64,000 bases of DNA. Source: Bythopirellula sp. (GTDB lineage: Bacteria > Planctomycetota > Planctomycetia > Pirellulales > Lacipirellulaceae). The stretch lies in contig OZ244170.1 in NCBI GenBank assembly GCA_965216565.1, positions 256,001 through 320,000 on the forward strand. Reading direction: 5' to 3'. A program made the translations under genes and the position numbers. The notes below the pieces were generated by a model. The model ran no database searches, was not told where the DNA came from, and worked only from the letters and a program-made list of their open reading frames with translations. Below, in pieces: positions 1-8,163 of the stretch; the first letter of the stretch is position 1, and each line of letters starts with the position of its first letter.

Positions 1-329
1 TGTGGATCACTTTACCAAGACTCGGCTTGGCTTGCGTGCCGAATTTAATTCAACAGTCTTCTTGAGATTATAACTTGATTTACCGTCGGCCCAACTCACC
101 ACCTACAACTAGGAGCCCAATCAACAAGAGCAACCGGAAACCCTTTATTGGATAAAACATGGAATTGCCCTCCACTATCGGTAGGGCTGCGCTTACTCAA
201 TCTACAAATGATTCATAGTTCATTGGATTTCAGTTAAACTATCAGCGGGCTTCGATTGGCACGAGGCTTCTGCTCGGACCAGCCCAACAATTAAATTGCT
301 AGAGTTTCAAAGGTTCCATAGAATCGCCA

Positions 330-1793
330 CTATGGTAGCTGAATCGGCTCGAACCACAGCTTGCCTTGAAATTTCTCCTCATCCGATTCATGTGATACGG
401 TAAATAATTGCTCTAGCTCATGTCTGCCTGAGTTTGGATGCCATAGTCCTTTGTTAGCTAGCCGAACTGCATACTCCACACGATTGTTAAGCTTCTCATC
501 TGGGTCTGGCAAATGCAGGAATAGCCTATAGCCGCCGACTGGCATTGTCTTTGGAATGCCTAACGAGAAACTAATAACAATGGGCTGACCGGGCAGCCAT
601 TGCTTTGGGTTCACGTTAAGCTTGGTTCGGAATTCAGTGCCTTCTTCCGCGTTGACTGCAATCAGGAATACATCACGAGGATTAATTAATGCAGCCCAAC
701 CTGAATTGCGTAGCGTTATCGAAATCGATAAGCCTTGATTTGCTCTAGCATCAAGACTGCATCGGCTATGCAATAGCTCTAGACGATAGCCAAGCCGTCG
801 ATCGAGTTCATTGAAAAAACCATTTTTACGCCAACTAGATATGACATCGGGATGGTAGCCCAAATTCAGATAAGTCCAATGGAGCCTAGACAACTCTTTT
901 CGCGCGACCTTTACCGAAGTGTATTCGCTAACTTTGCAGGTCTCACCTCCCATCGGTACAAATCGAGATTCCAGGGCAAGTAACTGTTTTTCCTTTTGAA
1001 TGCGAGACTTCTCATAAGTTCCCATATCAGTTTCGTTGGCCAAGAAACAATCATTGTGGTAGCCAATTCTGGCTTGAGCCGTATTAGTGAATGGTTTCAG
1101 AGGTTGCTGAGAATCAACCACATAGCGTTTCTGCATAGGTGTGCGGACCTGAATGGAGCGGTTTGATGGTAGAGCTCCCAACAACCGAGTAGCTAGCTTT
1201 TTGATTGAATGAGCTTCAGCTAGGCCATTCGAAGAACTGTGGAGTTCTCCCCAAGCACCAATAAATCCCATTTGGAAGACGGAGATAACATCGGCGTTGG
1301 CTTGCAGCAGCGGTTCCAATTGGTCGACGTGCCGCATGATCGACTTCATGGGAGCATCAGGCTCACCAATTCTTGAGCTATAAGCAAATCGAAGAATGCA
1401 CTTACATCCTGCCCGTCTGATGGTCGCTAAATCCTCGCTTATGAGATCTAGCTGGATGTTGCTAAGCTCCTTGTCTCGAAACTTTGTAAGGTAATAGAAC
1501 CGGAGAACGAGTGTGATGTGGTCTTCCCGCAACTCACGGAGTTTCTCCAGCGAAAGTGGCTCTCCCTCTGAATGTGCTGTGAGTTGGACGTAGAACCCTC
1601 TATCAGGATTAGCAAGGACAGCAGTGCTCGGCTGATAGGTAACGTTAGAGACTGCTGCCCGGGACAATCTAGCCCCAATATTGGAATAGAACATCACGAG
1701 CAGGATGGCGATGCTCACGCAGACTTGTGTCCGAAATTTAGTCATAAAATCACGAGAGCGAGCCCTAGTTTCAAAATTCGGGTTGTTAAACAC
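330..1793 (-). CDS. DUF4874/DUF4832 secreted putative glycoside hydrolase (TIM barrel plus C-terminal beta-sandwich)
   Basis: Motifs NPDRGFY, GFIGAWGELHSS, QVRTP, RIGYHNDCFLA..D.GTY, MGGETC, RRLGYRL, NSGWA. N-terminal hydrophobic signal. True start may be ATG at 1745. Paralog of 8164..9900. Confidence 0.85.
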   Translation of the reverse strand: MFNNPNFETRARSRDFMTKFRTQVCVSIAILLVMFYSNIGARLSRAAVSNVTYQPSTAVLANPDRGFYVQLTAHSEGEPLSLEKLRELREDHITLVLRFYYLTKFRDKELSNIQLDLISEDLATIRRAGCKCILRFAYSSRIGEPDAPMKSIMRHVDQLEPLLQANADVISVFQMGFIGAWGELHSSSNGLAEAHSIKKLATRLLGALPSNRSIQVRTPMQKRYVVDSQQPLKPFTNTAQARIGYHNDCFLANETDMGTYEKSRIQKEKQLLALESRFVPMGGETCKVSEYTSVKVARKELSRLHWTYLNLGYHPDVISSWRKNGFFNELDRRLGYRLELLHSRCSLDARANQGLSISITLRNSGWAALINPRDVFLIAVNAEEGTEFRTKLNVNPKQWLPGQPIVISFSLGIPKTMPVGGYRLFLHLPDPDEKLNNRVEYAVRLANKGLWHPNSGRHELEQLFTVSHESDEEKFQGKLWFEPIQLP

Positions 1794-1803
1794 GGCTATC
1801 CAG

Positions 1804-3021
1804 CTAAATACGCAAGTAGATTTTACGTAGGTGCATCCAGTAAATGATTAACCATAAACACAATCCCACAGCTAAGTTATCGAGCAACATCTGATACGTG
1901 TTGCCTAGGAATTGGAAGGGCACCGTTCCTAGATGTCGATTGAGTGTGTCTAGCCACCAGGCTGCGGTCATGTAAATCATGCAGTACATGGCGATCGAGT
2001 TGCGACCCACGATTACCGCCGGCATCGCCCAGGATTGCCATTTCTTGATGTCGATCAAGGCATACAAAAAGGCCAAGACTAAGAGGCATAGACCTGTAGA
2101 GAGCAACCCGAAACTGGGTGTCCAGATTTTCTTGACAATAGGACAGATCCCCAAGAACTGAAGAAGCACTCCCAGCGTGGCTAGGACTAGGCCACCTAGG
2201 ACAAGTCGTCTTACCTTTTGATTTGGATCTAATTGTCCTCGCAAGAGTTCCCCTGCCATCAAGCCAAATATCATCGTGGCCAGTGATGGAATGAAGTTCA
2301 GCGTGTTGTAGCCCTCTTCGTGAGCGACAAATAAATTCTCTCGAGGAAAAAGGTTGAGAAACCAGACATCAAAGAAGTGGGCCGGATGTATGTTCTTGTT
2401 CCAATGTGAAAAGAAACCATCGTAATAGTCAACGCTAGACGCGGTCCCATATTGAAATTCTTTCCCTGGCAGTGGCCAATAAGCAAATAGGCACCAATAG
2501 AAGAAGAGCAGGCCAAAGGCGCAGGCCATTTGCACCTTCCAGCTTCGTTCCCAAAGAACAAACAGGAATACATAGCCGAGACCAATTTGCGTAACAACAT
2601 CTTCGAACGTCCAAAAAGTGCTACTCTTGCTTAGAGATCGCAAGAACACACCCAAGAGAATCAATACCACAGCACGAATCACTGCGTGGCTAAGCAATGC
2701 CACATAAGAGTGTCCTCTCCGCCGACGAGACACATAAGAATAAGCCATCGACATGCCAACCATGAACATGAATGACGGTTGAATCATGTCCCAGAGAACC
2801 AAGCCTTGCCATTCGACGTGTTCGAACTGTTTAAGCAATATCTTGAAAATCTGCGAATCCGAATTGGACTCCTCTATAGGAACCATCCAATTCCAATGGG
2901 CCGCAGTGAAAGCTAGAAGCAGCATCACAATTCCACGGTACGCATCCAAAGATAGCAATCGATCTGGCTTGCTTATTGCCGGAGCCATTCGATCTGAGTT
3001 GTGATCGGCCATCGTGTCCAA
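1804..3021 (-). CDS. HGSNAT/NagX-like transmembrane N-acetyltransferase (DUF5009/DUF1624 type)
   Basis: Multi-TM protein with RLLSLDAYRG and FEHVEWQGLVLWDMIQPSFMFMVG (His-x2-W-x-G..D..P.F.F..G, as in heparan-alpha-glucosaminide N-acetyltransferase), plus PIVKKIWTPSF and GRNSIAMY. Confidence 0.85.
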   Translation of the reverse strand: MDTMADHNSDRMAPAISKPDRLLSLDAYRGIVMLLLAFTAAHWNWMVPIEESNSDSQIFKILLKQFEHVEWQGLVLWDMIQPSFMFMVGMSMAYSYVSRRRRGHSYVALLSHAVIRAVVLILLGVFLRSLSKSSTFWTFEDVVTQIGLGYVFLFVLWERSWKVQMACAFGLLFFYWCLFAYWPLPGKEFQYGTASSVDYYDGFFSHWNKNIHPAHFFDVWFLNLFPRENLFVAHEEGYNTLNFIPSLATMIFGLMAGELLRGQLDPNQKVRRLVLGGLVLATLGVLLQFLGICPIVKKIWTPSFGLLSTGLCLLVLAFLYALIDIKKWQSWAMPAVIVGRNSIAMYCMIYMTAAWWLDTLNRHLGTVPFQFLGNTYQMLLDNLAVGLCLWLIIYWMHLRKIYLRI

Positions 3022-3642
3022 CGGATATGCGACAAACTATCGTAGAAAAGTACTGGTGGACCGAGGCGATTCCCATCGCACCGCTATGGCGGTTAAGAAA
3101 GTCCTGTTGCACTTGATTTTGCCATGGCGAGGATTTCGTGCATAGCAATAATGCAGTGTGTCCTGCAAAGTTTCTCACAATGTCTTGCAGCCACTTACTT
3201 TCAATACTCGCCGACCCAATAGTCTCGCCTAAAGTCCTTCAGGTAACAATGTGCGTAAACGGCAAGGCATAGCGCAGGCTGTCGAGCATAGCGCGGACTC
3301 TTGTGAATCAGTTTTAGCTAGTACCCTAATCACACTGCACTCAGTATATGACAGACACTCAGATATATAGCTAGACTTACGACTATTGATACCAGAAGAG
3401 CTAAGCCAAGCGTGATAGTTCGCGGCCCAGTATGCTCTATGTGAAGACTAAGACCGTCACCTGACGGGCTTAATACTAAATGGCATTAACCAATCACCGA
3501 GTGTTGACGCCCTTCATTCTTCGTATTCTACTGTCGATGAGGTTTTGCTAGGTTCACGATTACTAATTCCTTTGGCCTATAGATCACAGACCATCTAAGG
3601 CTTCGCCAACCTGCTTCCTATAGTCGACAAATAGTGTGACTC

Positions 3643-4536
3643 ATGACTGGCACTTGGACTTCCTACCGGAGCGGCGACGACTATGAAGATGCTGTTTGCT
3701 TTCCACGGGGTTGCCGAGAACAGTATTTGGTTCATCCAGACTTATCTCACTCCTATCTAGCGGATCGCGGAGTGATCCTGAGTGGGATCAGTCACCTGGT
3801 AAAACCCTACACGGTCCAACGGTCAAATCCGGGCTATCACGTCCTGCTATTCTCGGTTAGTGGAAAGGGAGATTTGCTTGCGGGAGGCGAACGTCGCACG
3901 ATAGGGCCCGGCGAACTCTTGGTTGCCCCTAGCGTCAGCGAATATCGATATGAAGCTTCGAGAGAATGGAGTTGCGTTTGGTTTCACTTAGCAATGGATG
4001 CTCCTTGGTCTAAGGCATTCCCTGAGCAAGTTACGGTTGTTAATGCTAGGCATGTGAACTTTATCTCGTCGCTAACAGAGCAATACCTCGCCGAAAGACA
4101 GCACCGCATCGCAGATTCGAATTCTGTGGATCGAGCGCTTGCCAGCTTAATAATCATGTTTGTTGATCGTGAGCTTCGGCAGCTTGGTCAAAGCCGTAAA
4201 GATCACGACATTCGCACCCGAATAGAACATGTGTGGGAGAAAGTCGTCGCGAACCTAGCCTATCCGTGGACAACTCGTGCTTTGGCAAGCGAGGCAGATA
4301 TGTCCGCTTCTCAGTTTTCGCGTCAGGTAAAGATCTTTTACAAAGCCACGCCAATGGCAGTTGTTTTAGATTATCGAATGCAGCGAGCGAGCGAGATGCT
4401 CGCCTTCACGGACTACACCCTTGAGTCCATCGCGGAGAATATCGGATACGAAACGGCCTTCTCCTTTTCTCGTGCATTCAAAAGGCAGGTTGGCAAAAGT
4501 CCGAGCGAGTTTCGAAAAGAGACGCAGCCCAAGTAA
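3643..4536 (+). CDS. AraC family transcriptional regulator
   Basis: N-terminal cupin-like domain. C-terminal double HTH with WTTRALA..ADMS.SQFSR and IAENIGYETAFSFSRAFKRQVGKSPSEFR. Confidence 0.95.
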   Translation: MTGTWTSYRSGDDYEDAVCFPRGCREQYLVHPDLSHSYLADRGVILSGISHLVKPYTVQRSNPGYHVLLFSVSGKGDLLAGGERRTIGPGELLVAPSVSEYRYEASREWSCVWFHLAMDAPWSKAFPEQVTVVNARHVNFISSLTEQYLAERQHRIADSNSVDRALASLIIMFVDRELRQLGQSRKDHDIRTRIEHVWEKVVANLAYPWTTRALASEADMSASQFSRQVKIFYKATPMAVVLDYRMQRASEMLAFTDYTLESIAENIGYETAFSFSRAFKRQVGKSPSEFRKETQPK

Positions 4537-4939
4537 GTACTGGAAGCTCACAGCTACCGCTGCAGCATTCATAGGATTGACTCCTATCTCACCCACTTCA
4601 CGAAGCAGCGAGATATCTACGAATGCTCCCTTTTCCGATCGTTGCTTAGCACCCCTTCGGCGCCATTGACACCTCCAGTAGTGGTGTTCCAGCTATGCTG
4701 GCCAATACGCTAGGCCCCTTAAATCCCGAGGATCAGCGAAATTTATCTTCCAAGCATGACTAAAAGTGGTATGGAAAGAAAAATCCAAGCCATTCTACTC
4801 TTAGCCAATTAACACCATAATTGGAGGCATACCTAACAATGGACAGAGCAAGGCTAGGATACGGATGCACGACCTTATCTCTTCACAAGCACAGTTACCT
4901 TCTCGCAGTCGAAGACAACCTGGTTCAAGGAACCGCCCC

Positions 4940-5995
4940 ATGAGTTCGGATACCAAGCGAACGCCATACGGTTTTACTTTGGTAGAATTGCTAGTCGTAA
5001 TCGCCATCATCGGCGTTTTGATTGCCCTCCTATTGCCGGCGGTGCAAGCTGCACGAGAATCAGCTCGCCGGACTCAATGCTCCAATCAACTACGTCAGCT
5101 AGCTCTCTCCTTTCAAAACCATCACGACACTTTCGGTCACTTACCTACTGGTGGTTGGAGTTGGCAATGCTTGGGCGATCCCGACAAAGGATTCGGCAAA
5201 GAGCAGCCAGGAGGCTGGATGTTCAATATCCTGCCTTTCATCGAGCAGTCCAATCTTCGCGAACTTGGTTCCGGCTCTACCGGGGCCGACAAGACCGCGG
5301 CCACAAGACAACGTGTCGAATCGCCATTCGAAGGGATGAATTGCCCGAGCCGACGCTCGACCAATGTATACGAGTTTGAAGGCAGCGGAAAAACCTTTTG
5401 GGACTCTGATCCTTTTACCGTTTGCAGCAAAACCGACTATGCTGTAAACGCGGGCGACATGCTTGCTACCGAGCTATTCGGATATCCGCTCAGCGAGTCG
5501 GACTACAATGACCCAGGCTACAATTGGCAAAATTATGGCACTAATCTGTATAGCCACTTTAACGTTGTTAACTTTGGCATAGAAGAACGCAACGTACCCA
5601 CGGGAGTTGTTTTTGGCCGGTCAGAGATTAGTTTCCGACGCATTGAAGATGGAACGACAAACACCTATCTGGTGGGTGAGAAGTACATGTCGACGGATCA
5701 TTATGAAGACGGGTTAGATTCTGGGGATAACGAACCAGCTTTTTCTGGAAATAATAACGACACGATGCGTACGACTTCAGCAATTCGAACACTTGGCAGG
5801 AAATACGAATTAACACCTGATCAACCTGGTGATTCATCCGTAGACGATCGCCAATTTCTTTTTGGTAGCACACACACGAGCGGCTTCAACATGGCGATGT
5901 GCGATGCCTCTGTTCAGTTCGTGAGTTTTGATGTCGATCCTGAAACCCACAGGGCCAGAGGGCATCGTTACGACGGAGTTGTTGTGAGTGAGTGA
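4940..5995 (+). CDS. DUF1559 prepilin-type N-terminal cleavage/methylation domain protein (planctomycete family)
   Basis: GFTLVELLVVIAIIGVLIALLLPAVQAARESARR..C.N.L.QL, DGTTNTYLVGEK and C-terminal H-x9-D(A/G) motif HTSGFNMAMCDAS. Start placed at ATG 4940 behind AAGGA. Confidence 0.95.
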   Translation: MSSDTKRTPYGFTLVELLVVIAIIGVLIALLLPAVQAARESARRTQCSNQLRQLALSFQNHHDTFGHLPTGGWSWQCLGDPDKGFGKEQPGGWMFNILPFIEQSNLRELGSGSTGADKTAATRQRVESPFEGMNCPSRRSTNVYEFEGSGKTFWDSDPFTVCSKTDYAVNAGDMLATELFGYPLSESDYNDPGYNWQNYGTNLYSHFNVVNFGIEERNVPTGVVFGRSEISFRRIEDGTTNTYLVGEKYMSTDHYEDGLDSGDNEPAFSGNNNDTMRTTSAIRTLGRKYELTPDQPGDSSVDDRQFLFGSTHTSGFNMAMCDASVQFVSFDVDPETHRARGHRYDGVVVSE

Positions 5996-6259
5996 CAAGG
6001 CCGTATTGAGTTTGTGGAATAGCATTCCGAAATATGAAGATCAGCAAGTTGTATTTGGAGTTCCAGTATTTCACGGAAATCGGGCCACTCGGATGGTTTG
6101 CCAAAAATAGCTTTAACTAAGATGCTAGGGGGGATTAGAATCATTAAGAGTTGTAATGCTTGAGGGTTGAAAGCAGTTCCTTAGGGAATCGCTTAATCGA
6201 CTCACTCGTCTTTTCTGTATTTCTCAGTTCTTTGATCGACAATAAGGAGTTTCAGTCTA

Positions 6260-6931
6260 ATGACAGCTAAAAGTTTTCTTAGAGTCGCTGGAAGCGTGGC
6301 CTTACTTGCCATGCTGAGCACCAGTGCCTGGGCGGGCACTTTTTCGACCATGACAATTGATGGTGCGTTCGCAGACTGGGCCGGTATTCCTGTCCTCGAT
6401 TCGGATGCAGCCGACAACGCTGGTTCTGTTGACCTCGCCGATATCCAAATCGCAAACGACAACAGCAATCTCTATATTCGGGCGACGTACCATGGCGCTC
6501 TAGCTCAATCGACATTCATCGCAATGGACATTGATCAAGATCCGAACACCGGATTCGACACATTCTCTCTCGGTCTTAGCGGTTCGGAAGTAGCCTGGCA
6601 AAATGACTTCGCTTTCGAGCAATTCGCCGGGGGATTCAATGTAGGCGCATTGTCGGGCCCTAACTTTGGCGGGGGCCATGCACTGATGGCGCCCTTTGGG
6701 GATTCAAGCAGTCGCGAATGGTCCATTTCTCTCAGCGCTCTACATGGTGGTGGAGTCTACGGAAGCGGGACCATCTTTCCCGATGACAGTTTCGACATCC
6801 TGCTCTACTCTGATGCGGGTTCAGGTGATGTGTCGAGTAACATTTCCTACACGTTGGCCATTCCTGAGCCAGCGAGTTGTGTGCTAGGGCTACTCGGATG
6901 CTGCCTGCTTTTGGGCAAACGACGCAGCTAG
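6260..6931 (+). CDS. PEP-CTERM surface protein with a DOMON/CBM9-like putative carbohydrate-binding domain
   Basis: Signal peptide (AWA), TIDGAFADW...IQIAND..NLY, C-terminal IPEPAS plus TM plus KRRS. RBS AAGGAG. Paralog of 7075..8001. Confidence 0.8.
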   Translation: MTAKSFLRVAGSVALLAMLSTSAWAGTFSTMTIDGAFADWAGIPVLDSDAADNAGSVDLADIQIANDNSNLYIRATYHGALAQSTFIAMDIDQDPNTGFDTFSLGLSGSEVAWQNDFAFEQFAGGFNVGALSGPNFGGGHALMAPFGDSSSREWSISLSALHGGGVYGSGTIFPDDSFDILLYSDAGSGDVSSNISYTLAIPEPASCVLGLLGCCLLLGKRRS

Positions 6932-6967
6932 AAGTCCAAGACTTGCAGAGATATGCCTCCTGGCGAA

Positions 6968-6997
6968 GCAGGAGTGTGAGATTACTCACACTCCTGC
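6968..6997 (+). other. Perfect 13-bp intergenic stem-loop without U-tract (possible mRNA-stabilising hairpin)
   Basis: GCAGGAGTGTGAG-ATTA-CTCACACTCCTGC directly after the 6260..6931 gene. Confidence 0.6.
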
Positions 6998-7074
6998 AGA
7001 TAGCCAGTGTCTAGTACGTTAGATTTAGTTCAAGCAAACAATTGATGTAGTCCACACAGCTTAGGAGTTTTGCA

Positions 7075-8001
7075 ATGAGATGTTCACGTGTTCAAACATG
7101 TTATCTGAGTGTGCTTGTGTGCCTCAGCGCAATGTGTTTGCTTGCCGATAGAGCGAGAGCCGTTGTAGCTCCCAGTACATGGACCACCGACATTAACGTC
7201 CAGGAAGACCCGAATCTTGTCGATCCTTTTGACGACTGGAACTCATCAGGTATTCCGTTTGTCGTTACCGATCCAGAAGACAATCCTGGGCTTTGGGACA
7301 TTAACCAAATCCGAATTGCAAACGACGACGAATTTATCTACCTGCACGTCACCTACCACAACAACCTCTCAGTCGGAACCCTCCTGGGATTTGATCTCGA
7401 CCAGGATCCGAATACTGGTTTTGACGTACAGGACCTCGGTTTGATTGGCTCGGAATTGGGTTACCTAAACGATTTTGCTTTCGAGCAAGAAGATGGAGTG
7501 TTCAATAACGAAGATCCCCTACTCGGCGGACCCATTGGAAATGGCGGTGCGCTGATTTGGCCATTTTTCAACATCAACGGGCCAGAAAAGGAATATGCCA
7601 TACCTCTGGATGCCATGTTTACAAACGACATGACCGACCCCAACGGCCCTCCAGTGCAAACGCCCGCTTTTGCGAGCGATACCTTTGATCTGATGGTTTA
7701 TCATGACTTGGGACTAGGAGATATTACTGAGGTCATCACTTACACGTTGGCGACCGATCCAAATCCGTGTGGCGATGGCGACTTCGATTGCAACGGATCT
7801 GTAGATGGGATCGATTTCTTGGAGTGGCAGCAAGGCAATTCGCCGAACAATGGCAGTTCGGGGGATCTCGCATTGTGGGAAACCAATTACAACACACCTC
7901 CATTAGTAGGTGCAGTAGGAGCCGTTCCTGAACCAACAAGCATCATGCTGGCAGTCTATAGTTTGACACTCCTAGGATGTCGACGTCGAACTGCCGGCTA
8001 G
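7075..8001 (+). CDS. PEP-CTERM surface protein, paralog of 6260..6931, with a dockerin-like Ca-binding repeat
   Basis: Shares I.IAND...Y...TYH, D.DQDPNTGFD...LGL.GSE....NDFAFEQ..G.FN and GG.AL..PF with the upstream gene. Also GDFDCNGSVDGIDFLEWQ and VPEPTS plus TM plus RRR. Confidence 0.8.
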   Translation: MRCSRVQTCYLSVLVCLSAMCLLADRARAVVAPSTWTTDINVQEDPNLVDPFDDWNSSGIPFVVTDPEDNPGLWDINQIRIANDDEFIYLHVTYHNNLSVGTLLGFDLDQDPNTGFDVQDLGLIGSELGYLNDFAFEQEDGVFNNEDPLLGGPIGNGGALIWPFFNINGPEKEYAIPLDAMFTNDMTDPNGPPVQTPAFASDTFDLMVYHDLGLGDITEVITYTLATDPNPCGDGDFDCNGSVDGIDFLEWQQGNSPNNGSSGDLALWETNYNTPPLVGAVGAVPEPTSIMLAVYSLTLLGCRRRTAG

Positions 8002-8037
8002 AAGCCAAGGATCGCTGTGCATCGGGGCAGCATGCAC

Positions 8038-8071
8038 GGCTGGCAATGTGCTCTCGGGTATATTGCCAGCC
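8038..8071 (+). other. 14-bp intergenic stem-loop (two G-U pairs), no U-tract
   Basis: GGCTGGCAATGTGC / GTATATTGCCAGCC after the 7075..8001 gene. Confidence 0.5.
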
Positions 8072-8163
8072 ATAGGAAATTGACTGATTTAGGCCGGATA
8101 CTTCACGAGTACGTCTGCGGTGGCTTTTGGATACAGTAGAACATCGCACAGAAACGAATCGCA

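Noticed and set aside
1..329. Possible gene end at the left edge
   Set aside because: Only short open frames with no recognisable motif; cannot be assigned without the adjacent sequence.
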